Positions 46,117 through 56,932 of a stretch of DNA of 64,000 nt are shown here, piece after piece (the first letter of the stretch is position 1; every line of letters starts with the position of its first letter). The notes beneath the pieces were generated by a model. That model made no database searches. It was not told the origin of the DNA and saw only the letters and a program-made list of their open reading frames with translations. The translations under genes were made by a program, and so were the position numbers. Source of the DNA: an uncultured bacterium (GTDB lineage: Bacteria; Patescibacteriota; Minisyncoccia; Phycocordibacterales; GCA-2401445); the NCBI GenBank assembly GCA_937952265.1, contig CALFYW010000016.1, positions 13,086 through 77,085 of the forward strand, given 5' to 3'.

Positions 46117-46539
46117 ATGAAAGTGATTTATCTTGATTTCTTTGGAGTGCTCTTTGAACCGAGAGAAAAAAACTTTGACCAAAGCAATGCGGGGACAAAC
46201 CTGAATCATCCACTATTGGAATTTATCGAGCAGGCACTCAAACCTAAATACACGATTGGTATCTTAAGCAACGTGTCACGCGACATGCTTCATCGGACTC
46301 TTCAAGAGAGACTCTCTTTATTTGATCTTTTGGTAACTTCCTTTGAAACCGGATTCATTAAACCTGAAAAAGAAATTTTTAATCTAGCAATCGAGAAAGC
46401 GGGGGTTGTTCCACAAGAAATACTCTTTATTGATGACCTAGACACCAACATTAGATCCGCAAAAAATTTGAATATCATGACGCTCCTCTATACTGATTTT
46501 CCTAGTTTTACACAGGAAATTAAAATCTATCTTAAATAG
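46117..46539 (+). CDS. HAD family hydrolase
   Basis: YLDFFGVL, LSN, KP, FIDD motifs. Confidence 0.85.
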   Translation: MKVIYLDFFGVLFEPREKNFDQSNAGTNLNHPLLEFIEQALKPKYTIGILSNVSRDMLHRTLQERLSLFDLLVTSFETGFIKPEKEIFNLAIEKAGVVPQEILFIDDLDTNIRSAKNLNIMTLLYTDFPSFTQEIKIYLK

Positions 46540-46548
46540 GAGTGATTG

Positions 46549-47514
46549 CTACCGATTTCGCAAAGCACTCGTGAGCACATGGTCAAAGAAATGTGATAGC
46601 GTTGAACCAACCGCGTGTATTGACTTCGGGAGAAGCGACTCTGTGGTTAAGCCCGGAAGTGTGTTGATCTCTAAAATATAAATATTTCCACGGGGAGTAA
46701 TGATAAAATCGCTTCGAGAATAGTGACGCGCACCAATTGCTCGATGGGCGGCCACGGCTAAATCCTGAATGGTTTCTCGTTCATACGAAGAAAGCCGAGC
46801 CGGACATATCTCATGAGATTCTCCACTATACTTTGCATGATAGTCAAAAAAATCACAGGTTCCTGGTGGCACAATCTCAACGGGAAAGAGGGGGTAAATC
46901 GAAGACCCACGAAAATTCTCAACCACACCACAGGTTACCTCCTTACCAGAGACAAACTCTTCAATCATAACTTCCGGAGCGCGAAAGAGAACGTCCCGTA
47001 TTCCTTTCTCTAAAGAAGCAAAATCACGAGCAATCGTAATACCTACTGAAGAACCGAGCTTCGTAGGTTTTATCACCGCAGGCATTGAAAAGGTGCGGAA
47101 TACTTCAAATATTTGATCGCCCACCTTTCTCTCGAGTGAGATAATACGATGTCGTGGTGTAAGTATTCCGGCCCGCAGAAATGCCTCCTTGGAAAGAACC
47201 TTATGTATACCAATTGCTGAAGCAACCCTGCGTGATCCTGTGTATGGAACTGAAAATGATTCAAGCAGTTTTTGCACCGTACCATCCTCGCCGTATTCAC
47301 CATGAAGCGCATTAAAGACCACATCATGCTGATTTAAAATATGATGAGGTTGAGATGCAACCCCACCTAGGTGCCATACTCCCTTTCGATCAATTAAAAT
47401 ATCGCTTCCTTTGTATTGAGGTGGAAGTGATTTAAGTACCGTGCCCCCACTCTTAAGAGAGACCTCGTACTCACTTGAAGGGCCACCGCGCAATACCGCA
47501 ACTCGAACTGACAT
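46549..47514 (-). CDS. ddl: D-alanine--D-alanine ligase
   Basis: GGPSSEYEVSLKSG, LHGEYGEDG, GSSVG, YHAKY, LEINTLPG. Confidence 0.95.
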   Translation of the reverse strand: MSVRVAVLRGGPSSEYEVSLKSGGTVLKSLPPQYKGSDILIDRKGVWHLGGVASQPHHILNQHDVVFNALHGEYGEDGTVQKLLESFSVPYTGSRRVASAIGIHKVLSKEAFLRAGILTPRHRIISLERKVGDQIFEVFRTFSMPAVIKPTKLGSSVGITIARDFASLEKGIRDVLFRAPEVMIEEFVSGKEVTCGVVENFRGSSIYPLFPVEIVPPGTCDFFDYHAKYSGESHEICPARLSSYERETIQDLAVAAHRAIGARHYSRSDFIITPRGNIYILEINTLPGLTTESLLPKSIHAVGSTLSHFFDHVLTSALRNR

Positions 47515-47676
47515 ATCTATTAGTATACAACGGAGCATCACACATACCAACGATATGATTATGAAAAGAAAAAGCCGTTCAACCTCTTTCCTTGCCCTGC
47601 CTGAGCGGAAAGATGTGGTGGTTGAACGGCTACTATGCGCTTAAGGCACTCATTACTTAAGCACAATGCTATCTTA

Positions 47677-48912
47677 CTACAAAACCCGCTTTTTTTGCAA
47701 ATGTCTCTGTTGCCGATTCCGATGCGCCCTCAATGCAAACCGGTGTGCTTCATGGTTTACTAAAAGAAATGCATCTTCATTTTTTTTAATTAATCTCGGG
47801 TTTCCATGTATTTTTTGCGCGCGATGCGCACTATCTTTAGAGACTGAAACTACCGGAATAGAGAGGTCTAGCATTTCGCGCACCATACGTTCTCCCGTTT
47901 GTTGGTGCACACTACCCCCATCGAGCACGATAATATCAGGAAGTCCCCACTCTTCATGTGCAAGCCTTCGGGTGAGCAACTCTCGAAGCGCTCCAATATC
48001 ATCATTGGTGACTGTTTGTATGTTAAATGTCCGATACGCTTTCCTGTCCATAATCCCACCAATCATGGCGACCATCACCCCAACGGTATGAGTACCCGCG
48101 GTGTGTGCCACATCATACCCTTCAATACGAGGAGTAGACCCTCCTGATTGAAAAGATTTTTCTTTTCCAATGAGGGAAACATCTTGAATATGCTGTAATG
48201 AAAAAAGAGTTCGTTTTAATTCCCCCGCGTACTCAAATTCCTTTTTTCGTGCGGCAGATTTCATCTCCTTTTTAAGGGTCTGCAATAATACCTTCTGCTT
48301 TCCCTGAAGAAACAATGATAGGCGACCTATATGTTTCTGATAGGCACTACTTGAAATTTCACCCGTACACACACCAGGACAAAGACCAATCTGTCGATTA
48401 AAGCAAGGTTTTCCTTGGCGGGGTTCACACGTATCCCGAAAAGGGAAAATTTTCCTTATGATCTGAAGTGCTTTCTTTAATTCTCCACCTTGAGGAAAGG
48501 GGCCAAACGACTCTTTAATGGGAGCCTCTGAGAAGGTGTGGTCTTCGATCTCCTTCCCACGCACTACCAATACCCGGGGAAACATTTCATCTGTCACTAC
48601 AATGTGATTAAAGCTCTTGTTGTCTTTCTCTTTGGTGTTATAGAGTGGCTGGTGTTGCTTAATTAACAGTGCTTCCACAATCATAGCTTCAAGCACTGAC
48701 CCGGTTTCTTGCCATTCTACGCGGTCTGCTTGAGTAACCATATCAACCAAAAGCATTCCCCGGGAAGAGATGAGGTCCTCTGAAAAGTAACTCCGTACTC
48801 GATCTTTAAGTGAGGTTGCTCTGCCGATATAGAGGATTTCTTTTCCTCGTTTAAACCGATACACACCGGGGGTGTCAGGAATCTTGAATTTTGACAAATC
48901 TTGACGCTTCAT
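47677..48912 (-). CDS. uvrC: Excinuclease ABC subunit C, short form
   Basis: PGVY..YIGRA..L..RV.SYF (GIY-YIG), UVR domain, RIEGYDVAH...DGG, EAHRFA; no HhH tail. Confidence 0.88.
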   Translation of the reverse strand: MKRQDLSKFKIPDTPGVYRFKRGKEILYIGRATSLKDRVRSYFSEDLISSRGMLLVDMVTQADRVEWQETGSVLEAMIVEALLIKQHQPLYNTKEKDNKSFNHIVVTDEMFPRVLVVRGKEIEDHTFSEAPIKESFGPFPQGGELKKALQIIRKIFPFRDTCEPRQGKPCFNRQIGLCPGVCTGEISSSAYQKHIGRLSLFLQGKQKVLLQTLKKEMKSAARKKEFEYAGELKRTLFSLQHIQDVSLIGKEKSFQSGGSTPRIEGYDVAHTAGTHTVGVMVAMIGGIMDRKAYRTFNIQTVTNDDIGALRELLTRRLAHEEWGLPDIIVLDGGSVHQQTGERMVREMLDLSIPVVSVSKDSAHRAQKIHGNPRLIKKNEDAFLLVNHEAHRFALRAHRNRQQRHLQKKRVL

Positions 48913-49042
48913 AAAACGAATGATATCTCTTTTTTTAAAAGACGCCAACTACTTAAAAATCAAAAGGTTATCCACAAACTTCAATAAAAAATTTTGACAG
49001 TATCAATAAAGAGCGTATGGTGAAGATAAGCGGTTCTTTGTT

Positions 49043-49261
49043 ATGAAAACCACCCCTACTCGACCACTCTCTGAGAGTGAGGAGCGGCTTACGAGGAACT
49101 GGGATGCGGCGTCTGAAAAAGCGAGGGTTTTTTCATTTGAACAGCAAAAGAAGTGTCAGCATCAGGGTACCCTAAAGGAGCAGAGTATTGGGACCCAAGC
49201 TTTTCTCCAATGCACTTCTTGCGGATGGAGAAGTGTCCCCCGCCTACACATCCCTACCTGA
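49043..49261 (+). CDS. Small hypothetical protein with possible metal-binding CxH...CxxC
   Basis: TTGACA at 48994-48999 and TATGGT upstream; CQH...CTSC. Confidence 0.55.
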   Translation: MKTTPTRPLSESEERLTRNWDAASEKARVFSFEQQKKCQHQGTLKEQSIGTQAFLQCTSCGWRSVPRLHIPT

Positions 49262-49399
49262 AATGAAAAAGAAAAAGCCAAAATTCTTTGGAGCGCAATT
49301 CATCAAAAGAAAAACGATGAAGATGGTACGGAACAGACCGAATGCCAAACAGGGGAAAATTAGACCTCGTAATCGAGGGCACTAATCCTGGAAATACAC

Positions 49400-49437
49400 G
49401 AACGCTATGCTTCTCATGAAGCATAGCGTTCTCTTTT
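49400..49437. terminator. Terminator hairpin between convergent genes
   Basis: GAACGCTATGCTTC-TCAT-GAAGCATAGCGTTC followed by a T-rich run. Confidence 0.75.
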
Positions 49438-52046
49438 TATCTTTTACGCAGTACCCGTTTTAAATATACTCCGGTGTGCGAATCACTACGTTGGGCAACC
49501 TCTTCAGGTGTCCCTTTCGCAATGATCTTTCCTCCACGCTCTCCCCCTTCGGGCCCAAAGTCAATAATATAATCAGCGCTTTTAATAATTTCCATGTTAT
49601 GCTCGATCACGACAACCGTATTTCCTTTTGCAACCAATCGCTCTAAAATAGTGATCAAACGGGCAACATCATCATAATGAAGACCAACGGTAGGCTCATC
49701 AAGAAGGTATATCGTCTTTGTAACATGCTCGCGATAAAGCTCAGAAGAAATTTTTACTCGTTGCGCTTCACCCCCTGAAAGAGTAGTAGCAGATTGGCCC
49801 AACTCAAGATAATCAAGACCCACATCAGAGAGTGTTTTCAGTCGATCATAAATAGCTGGAATATCTCCAAAAAAACTTAATGCTTCTTCAACGGTCATAC
49901 TCAGCACTTCATAAATATTTTTCTTTTTATAAAGAACCTCTAAGGTCTCTTTCGTAAACCGCTTCCCTCCACATACATCACATGGCACATAGACTGTTGG
50001 CAAAAAATGCATTTCAACCGCAATCTCTCCATGTCCCTGGCACGCCTCGCATCGCCCACCTTTTACATTAAATGAAAACCTGCGCGGTTGCCATCCTCGG
50101 GCGCGCGCTTCTGAGGTAGCGGCAAAAAGATCTCGAATGTGCGTAAATGCTCCTGTGTAGGTTGCGGGATTTGATCGCGAGGTCCTGCCAATAGGAGACT
50201 GATCAATTAAAATAGTACGCCCTAGTGCTTCCGTCCCCGTAATGCTCGCGCAGTTAAATATTTTTCCAGAACGGTACCGACGATCGAGTCGGGAAGAAAG
50301 ATTCTTATGGAGAATCTCATACATAAAAGAAGATTTTCCTGAACCCGATACTCCCGTAATAGCAACAAAACGCCCGAGTGGAACACTTACGGAAAGGTTC
50401 TTAATATTAAAGATCTTTCCGCCGGTAATATGAATATTTCCCATATCTTTCGTTCGGCGCTTTTCTGGAATCGGGATTGAGGTCTCTTCTCGCAAATAAC
50501 TTAACGTACGAGATCCACTCGTATTTTTCTTTGCGGTAAGCAGATCCTCCAAGAATCCCGAAACTACTACCGAACCCCCATGGGTTCCTGCTCCAGGCCC
50601 AATATCGATTAAGTAATCACTCGCATAAATCGTGTCTTCATCATGTTCAACAACGATAATAGTGTTGCCAATATCCCGAAGATCAACAAGCGTCTTAATA
50701 AGGCGCTCATTGTCACGCTGGTGCAGTCCGATAGTAGGTTCATCGAGCACATAGAGCGCGCCAACTAAACCGGATCCGAGCTGAGACGCGAGACGAATAC
50801 GCTGGGCTTCGCCTCCTGAAAGGGTGTGCGCACGGCGATTAAGCGAGAGGTATTCAATACCCACATTTTCCATAAAGGTAAGCCGGGAGGTGATTTCTTT
50901 AATCACTACTTTTGAAATCTCTTTTTCAATATCTGAGAGTTCTAATTTTTTAAAAAATTCATGCGTATCCTGTATCGACCTACTAATTAAATCAGCAATT
51001 GAAACCCCGCCAACAAGCACATGCAGTGCTTCCTCTCGAAGTCGAGCGCCATTACACTTCGGACATACTTCATCACCGAAAAAATGTTGCGTCCCAAGCC
51101 CATTACATTGATCGCAGGCACCATGAGGTGAATTAAAAGAAAAAAGCCGTGGCTCAATTTCAGGGTACGCATACCCATCATACGGACACATAAATTTAAC
51201 CGAGAGCATCCGCTCACCTTCTGGGGACTCTATCCGAATTAAACCGTGTGATTCAGCAAGCGCGTGTTCAATCGCTTCCGAAAGGCGCTCCTGAGCATTC
51301 TTAGGGTCACGAGAAAATTCACTAATATAGATTTCATCAACGAGTACATCAATGTGGTGTTTTTTATGACGAGAAAGAACTACTTTTTCTCGCAACGACT
51401 TCACCTCCCCATCAACTTTTATCTTGCTATACCCTTTTCCTAATAGATCATATAGCAACTGATAATATTCCCCTTTCCGCCCTACCACAACGGGAGCATA
51501 GATACGGAGCATCGCGGTATTGTAGGTAACTCCTTTGACTTTATGAGAATTTTTCTTTGTATCTATAGTGGTAACCGTACGAAGGATCGTTTCAACAATC
51601 TCCTCATGAGAGAGTCTCGCAATAGGCCGATCACAGACCAAACAGTGAGGAGTCCCAATACGAGCATAGAGAATTCGAAGATAGTCATAAATCTCTGTAA
51701 TCGTCGCAACGGTAGAACGCGGATTATTTGATCTCGATTTCTGATCAATGGAGATTGCAGGGGAAAGGCCGATAATTTCATCGACATCAGGTTTCTGCAT
51801 CACTCGCAAAAATTGACGCGCGTATGAAGAGAGCGACTCCACATACCGACGCTGCCCTTCTGCAAAAATCGTATCAAAGGCAAGTGATGATTTTCCAGAA
51901 CCAGATAGCCCCGTAAATACCACCATGGTGTTGCGTGGCATTGATACGGTAACGTTTTTGAGATTATGGGTACGAGCACCCTTAACCACGATCTCTGAGG
52001 CCTCACCGTGAGATACCTTTTTTTTCTTTTGATTTGCTTTCGACAT
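49437..52046 (-). CDS. uvrA: Excinuclease ABC subunit A
   Basis: Two Walker A motifs ([18 protein letters not shown]), two LSGGEAQR, zinc fingers. Confidence 0.98.
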   Translation of the reverse strand: MSKANQKKKKVSHGEASEIVVKGARTHNLKNVTVSMPRNTMVVFTGLSGSGKSSLAFDTIFAEGQRRYVESLSSYARQFLRVMQKPDVDEIIGLSPAISIDQKSRSNNPRSTVATITEIYDYLRILYARIGTPHCLVCDRPIARLSHEEIVETILRTVTTIDTKKNSHKVKGVTYNTAMLRIYAPVVVGRKGEYYQLLYDLLGKGYSKIKVDGEVKSLREKVVLSRHKKHHIDVLVDEIYISEFSRDPKNAQERLSEAIEHALAESHGLIRIESPEGERMLSVKFMCPYDGYAYPEIEPRLFSFNSPHGACDQCNGLGTQHFFGDEVCPKCNGARLREEALHVLVGGVSIADLISRSIQDTHEFFKKLELSDIEKEISKVVIKEITSRLTFMENVGIEYLSLNRRAHTLSGGEAQRIRLASQLGSGLVGALYVLDEPTIGLHQRDNERLIKTLVDLRDIGNTIIVVEHDEDTIYASDYLIDIGPGAGTHGGSVVVSGFLEDLLTAKKNTSGSRTLSYLREETSIPIPEKRRTKDMGNIHITGGKIFNIKNLSVSVPLGRFVAITGVSGSGKSSFMYEILHKNLSSRLDRRYRSGKIFNCASITGTEALGRTILIDQSPIGRTSRSNPATYTGAFTHIRDLFAATSEARARGWQPRRFSFNVKGGRCEACQGHGEIAVEMHFLPTVYVPCDVCGGKRFTKETLEVLYKKKNIYEVLSMTVEEALSFFGDIPAIYDRLKTLSDVGLDYLELGQSATTLSGGEAQRVKISSELYREHVTKTIYLLDEPTVGLHYDDVARLITILERLVAKGNTVVVIEHNMEIIKSADYIIDFGPEGGERGGKIIAKGTPEEVAQRSDSHTGVYLKRVLRKR

Positions 52047-52131
52047 ACACAGGACAAATCCCCACGCTTATGTGCTTAGGGGGTACAATAGAGCGTTAAG
52101 TATAGCGGAGAATAGCGACTCGTGTCAAAAT

Positions 52132-52563
52132 TTAACCTTTTTTTCTCGTTGCCATAAACTCACGGAGTTTCTGCGTAATCTCTTCTGCAGTGAAATTGGC
52201 TTTTACAAAAAAATCTTTGGCACCGAGATCTTTTGCCTTTTTTACGTCTTCTTCTTGTCCAAGGTTAGATACCATAATGACATCAATGTCTTTGGTAGCC
52301 TCATCTTCTTTAATCTTTTTTAATACCTCAAATCCATTAATGCCTGGAAGGATGATATCAAGGAGGATAATGTCTGGCTTATGTTCTTTTATTTGTGTTA
52401 ACGCGCTTTCTCCATCAATAGCATAGGTAATATGAAATTTCTCCTTACTTAAACGCATTGCAAGGATGTCTCTTAAGAGTTTATCGTCTTCAACCACAAG
52501 TACGCGTAGTTGACTGAAATCTTCTGAGGACTCTGGTGGCATATCTTTTTCTTCAATATTCAT
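52132..52563 (-). CDS. Stand-alone response regulator receiver
   Basis: VVEDD, LLDIILP, SN, K. Confidence 0.9.
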   Translation of the reverse strand: MNIEEKDMPPESSEDFSQLRVLVVEDDKLLRDILAMRLSKEKFHITYAIDGESALTQIKEHKPDIILLDIILPGINGFEVLKKIKEDEATKDIDVIMVSNLGQEEDVKKAKDLGAKDFFVKANFTAEEITQKLREFMATRKKG

Positions 52564-52614
52564 TTTATTATGATACCCCGAGAAGGTAAAAAGTAAATAA
52601 TGCCTGTGGAAAAC

Positions 52615-54672
52615 CTAGCTATTTTTCTGTTTAGATTTTTTACTCTTCTGCTTCTGAGAGATTTTTTTCTCAAGAAGCTCGATCTCATCACGAATAAGTG
52701 CCGCGGTTTCAAAATCCAGTATTTTGACCGCATCGTTCATGAGATTTTTCTTTTCTTTCAAAAATGCCTTTGGATTTTTTTCAAAACGCTTTTGATCGAG
52801 TTCCACCACCGTATTAAGCGCTAAGATGCGATCGCTTTGAATTTGATCTCGGATATCACTGATTTTCTTATGAATGGTTTGAGGAGTAATATGATGCTTT
52901 TTATTATACGCAATTTGAATACTACGACGTCGTTCGGTCTCTTCGAGTGCCCGCTTAATTGAGCCTGTGCTCGTATCCGCATATAAAATGACGCGGCCCA
53001 GCGCATTACGTGCCGCGCGCCCTATAATCTGAATGAGTGATGTCTCGCTTCGAAGAAACCCTTCTTTATCTGCATCAAGAATTCCAATAAGTTCAACCTC
53101 GGGGAGGTCAAGCCCTTCTCGTAATAAATTAACGCCAACCAAAAAATCAAACTCCCCTTTTCGAAAATCGGTTAAGATTTCAACTCGCTCAATGGTTTTA
53201 ATATCACTATGAAGATACACGGCTTTAATGTCACGTTCTTTTAGAAAATCTGTGAGATCTTCTGCCATGCGCTTGGTAAGTGTAGTGGCAATAACTCGCC
53301 CCCCGCGTAAAATAACCTTCTCAGCTTCTTCAATAAGGTCACGGATTTGCCCTTGATACTTTTCTCGTTCCTGAATAGGTCGTACCTCTACAACAGGATC
53401 TACCAAACCAGTAGGCCGAATCACTTGTTCTACAATACGCGTGCTGACTTCGCGTTCATAGTTTCCGGGTGTCGCAGAAGTATATATACGCATTCCAACG
53501 TGCATATCAAATTCATCAAATGTTAATGGTCGGTTGTCTTTCGCCGAAGGAAGACGAAATCCGTGCTCGACCAAAGTCTCTTTCCTTGACCGATCACCGG
53601 CATACATGCCACCCAACTGCGGAATCGTAACGTGCGATTCATCAACCACGGTGAGGAAATCAGGGGTGCCATCATTGCAGTGAGGAAAATACGAAAGCAG
53701 TGTATCAGGAGGCTCTCCTTGGGATTTTCCTGAAAAATGACGGGAGTAATTTTCAATACCATTGCAATACCCAATCTCTTTGATCAACGCGAGATCATAA
53801 TTAGTCCGCCGTTTGAGACGTTCCGCCTCAAGCAATTTCCCTTCTCGTCCAAATTTCTTTAACTGGACCTCAAGCTCGGTACGAATATCTTTAATTGCCC
53901 GAAGTCGCTCGTCTTGAGGGGTAACAAAATGCTTTGCCGGAAATATAAAAAAACTCTCGAGGGTGCCGAGGAGGCTTCGAGATACTGGGTCAATACGAGT
54001 AATATGCTCAATCCGCTCACCAGAAAACTCAATCCGATAAATCACCCGCTCATTAACCGGCATTACTTCAATCGCATTCCCCAGAGCGCGGAAGTTTCCC
54101 GGCTCCAGGTCAGCGTTGGTGCGATCATAATAGATACTCACGAGCCTCCGAATAAAATCTGAACGGGACTCTTGATTACCCACCGTTACCTCAAAATGCA
54201 CTTTTCGGTATTCTTCAGGGCTACCCAACCCATAAATACACGAAACCGAAGCAACAATAATAACATCCCGTCGAGTGAGTAATGACTGTGTGGATGCGTG
54301 GCGGAGTCGATCGATTTCTTCATTAATTTGAGCTTCCTTTTCAATATATGTATCAGTTGTCGGAAGGTACGCCTCTGGCTGATAGTAGTCATAGTATGAG
54401 ACAAAGTAATGAACCGCATTGTGCGGAAAAAACTCACGATATTCTTGTGCGAGTTGCGCGGCAAGGGTCTTATTATGCGCAATAACCAGTGTTGGTTTCT
54501 GAATTTGAGCAATAACATTCGCAACGGTAAACGTTTTCCCTGATCCGGTAACCCCAAGGAGGGTTTGGTGTTTTTCTTTTGCTTGAATGCCTGAAACCAA
54601 GCCTTTAATTGCTTTTGGCTGATCCCCAGCTGGAGAAAAATCGGTTACCAATTTAAACTTTTTATCTGACAT
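52615..54672 (-). CDS. uvrB: Excinuclease ABC subunit B
   Basis: GDQPKAI, GVTGSGKT, SYYDYYQPEAY, DESH, GRAARN; start reassigned. Confidence 0.98.
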   Translation of the reverse strand: MSDKKFKLVTDFSPAGDQPKAIKGLVSGIQAKEKHQTLLGVTGSGKTFTVANVIAQIQKPTLVIAHNKTLAAQLAQEYREFFPHNAVHYFVSYYDYYQPEAYLPTTDTYIEKEAQINEEIDRLRHASTQSLLTRRDVIIVASVSCIYGLGSPEEYRKVHFEVTVGNQESRSDFIRRLVSIYYDRTNADLEPGNFRALGNAIEVMPVNERVIYRIEFSGERIEHITRIDPVSRSLLGTLESFFIFPAKHFVTPQDERLRAIKDIRTELEVQLKKFGREGKLLEAERLKRRTNYDLALIKEIGYCNGIENYSRHFSGKSQGEPPDTLLSYFPHCNDGTPDFLTVVDESHVTIPQLGGMYAGDRSRKETLVEHGFRLPSAKDNRPLTFDEFDMHVGMRIYTSATPGNYEREVSTRIVEQVIRPTGLVDPVVEVRPIQEREKYQGQIRDLIEEAEKVILRGGRVIATTLTKRMAEDLTDFLKERDIKAVYLHSDIKTIERVEILTDFRKGEFDFLVGVNLLREGLDLPEVELIGILDADKEGFLRSETSLIQIIGRAARNALGRVILYADTSTGSIKRALEETERRRSIQIAYNKKHHITPQTIHKKISDIRDQIQSDRILALNTVVELDQKRFEKNPKAFLKEKKNLMNDAVKILDFETAALIRDEIELLEKKISQKQKSKKSKQKNS

Positions 54673-54709
54673 CACCATCATCATAGGCGATGTAGGAGCG
54701 ATAAACAAG

Positions 54710-55894
54710 CTATTCTCGATAAAAGCGAGAAAGAAACGTATTACGAAACGAATCAAATCTCTCTTCAAGAATTGATGTGCGCATCTCTCTCACTAAAGAA
54801 ATGAGGAAATGCAAATTATGTACCGATGCTAACGTGTATGCAAGGAGTTCCCGTGATCGAAAAAGATGTGCGAGATAGGCACGCGTGGAAGTTCTACAGG
54901 TGGTACAGGTGCATGAAGCATCAATAGGTGAAAAATCATGTAGGAAACGACTGTTCAGAATATTTATTTTCCCATCATAGGTATAAAGCGTTCCATTCCG
55001 CCCAATGCGCGTAGGCGCCACACAGTCAAACAAATCAATTCCGTGTTCCACACCAAGAAATAAATCTCGGGGCTCTCCAATTCCGAGTAAATGCCGAGGT
55101 TGATCTGAAGGAAGCTCTTGGGTTACCCATGCCACGGCAGTATGCATGTCTTCTTTTTCAAACGAACCGCCAATACCAAAACCATCAAATCCCATCTCCC
55201 GTATCGCGCGCGCACTTTCTTTTCGCAAATCAGGAAATCTGCCTCCTTGAATAACTCCAAACATATCCTGCCCGGGGCGCGCATACGCGCGATGATACAC
55301 AAGCGATCGCTCTGCCCATCGATGGGTACGCTCCATTGCCTCCCGCTGATATGCGTATGGCGCTTCAGGAGAGGTACACTCATCAAATGCAAAAATCATA
55401 TCCGCGCCAATATGGTGTTCAATACCGACTGCCCGTTCAGGAGTAAAGCGATGGGAGCTTCCGTCACGGTGAGAACGAAAGGTGACTCCTTCTTCATCAA
55501 TGGCTACCAACTGTGGCTTCTCATGTCCCACTGAGGAATGCGGGGTTTCCTTTACCGACTCTATTTTGCCAATACGCTTTCCATAGGCGGCGCCAAGGGA
55601 GAATACCTGAAACCCTCCCGAATCTGACATGGTGGGACCATCCCAACCCATGAACTTTCCAACACCGCCTGCGTCACGAACGAGTGTATCACCTGGTTCA
55701 AGATAGAGATGATAGGTATTTACCAAAACCACCTGGGCATGCATTTGATGGAGCATGAGCGGGGTTACCCCCTTTACTGTTGCTTTAGTACCCACCACCA
55801 CAAACGAGGGTGTGTGGATAACACCCGACCGCGTAGAAAGAATCCCCGCGCGCCCGAGCTTGTGAGTAAGCTTCTTTTCCTCAACAAATTTCAT
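54710..55894 (-). CDS. tgt: tRNA-guanine transglycosylase
   Basis: NTYHL, DSGGFQVFSL, FDEC, IQGG, DLFDC, C.C.TC zinc site, HN. Confidence 0.96.
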   Translation of the reverse strand: MKFVEEKKLTHKLGRAGILSTRSGVIHTPSFVVVGTKATVKGVTPLMLHQMHAQVVLVNTYHLYLEPGDTLVRDAGGVGKFMGWDGPTMSDSGGFQVFSLGAAYGKRIGKIESVKETPHSSVGHEKPQLVAIDEEGVTFRSHRDGSSHRFTPERAVGIEHHIGADMIFAFDECTSPEAPYAYQREAMERTHRWAERSLVYHRAYARPGQDMFGVIQGGRFPDLRKESARAIREMGFDGFGIGGSFEKEDMHTAVAWVTQELPSDQPRHLLGIGEPRDLFLGVEHGIDLFDCVAPTRIGRNGTLYTYDGKINILNSRFLHDFSPIDASCTCTTCRTSTRAYLAHLFRSRELLAYTLASVHNLHFLISLVREMRTSILEERFDSFRNTFLSRFYRE

Positions 55895-56177
55895 GCCTCA
55901 ACTATACCCAACAAAAAGAAAAACGCCACCGCATCTCGTGCGTGAGAAATCAAAAACGTATGAGTAACGTTAGAGCACGCCACCTAAAAGCGAGTTAACG
56001 AGCGGTCCACCCAGAAAAAAAGTTACCGCAAATACCGCAACTGCCACCGCAATAGACTGATGTTTATTTAAACGACGCATAATAACAACGTTAATAGTGT
56101 ACCATACCCGTTTCAAAACGAACCATCTTCTTGTACACAGCTTTGCAGACACGCCTTAATTTCCGTACAATACGAAC

Positions 56178-56891
56178 ATGCCTGAAAAAATATGTGAGGA
56201 AAAATACAACGTTCCCGCACACGAACTACCCGTTAAGCCCCTTACCATCGAAGAGCTGGAGAAAAGTTCTTCTGAACGAGTCTCTCTTATTGCTGATGAA
56301 TTTAAGAGAGGATTTGAATTCATTAAAAAATACCCTCGATCAGTAACCTTTTTTGGATCATCCCGCTTCAATGAAGAAAATCCTTTTTACCAGGACGCGC
56401 GCGCGTTGAGTAAACTCATTGTTACCTCCCTCAACTATGCCATTGTGACTGGCGGGGGCCCGGGAATCATGGAAGCGGCAAATCGCGGGGCTATGGACGC
56501 AGATGGCCACTCAGTGGGTCTTTCAATTAAGCTCCCGCGGGAACAGAGAACAAACGCTTACTTAAGTGATTTCATCGACTTCTATTATTTTTTCAGCAGA
56601 AAAGTGACTCTTTCATTTTCCGCTGAGGCATACATCTTCTATCCTGGAGGTGTTGGGACACTTGATGAGTTTTTTGAAATATTCACACTCGTACAAACGC
56701 ATAAAATTGCATGCTGCGTACCAATGATCCTTGTTGGAGAAGCCTTTTGGAAACCGCTCGACACTTTTATCCGAGAAACACTCTACGAAAAGATGCATAC
56801 GATCAGTAAAGAGGATCCTGACTACTATCTTATTACGGATGATCACAAAAAGATTGTTGAAACCATCAGAAAAGCGCCACTTCGAATATAG
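56178..56891 (+). CDS. LOG family protein (TIGR00730-like)
   Basis: FFGSSR, TGGGPGIMEAANRGA, RK, PGGVGTLDE. Confidence 0.92.
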   Translation: MPEKICEEKYNVPAHELPVKPLTIEELEKSSSERVSLIADEFKRGFEFIKKYPRSVTFFGSSRFNEENPFYQDARALSKLIVTSLNYAIVTGGGPGIMEAANRGAMDADGHSVGLSIKLPREQRTNAYLSDFIDFYYFFSRKVTLSFSAEAYIFYPGGVGTLDEFFEIFTLVQTHKIACCVPMILVGEAFWKPLDTFIRETLYEKMHTISKEDPDYYLITDDHKKIVETIRKAPLRI

Positions 56892-56932
56892 AAAAGCCTT
56901 ATCCCGGGGACCCGGAATAAGGCTTAACTCTC

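Noticed and set aside
48968-48976. Perfect DnaA box TTATCCACA upstream of uvrC (another inside tgt at 55813-55821)
   Set aside because: Isolated boxes with no cluster or dnaA/dnaN nearby, so not an origin; regulatory role cannot be supported
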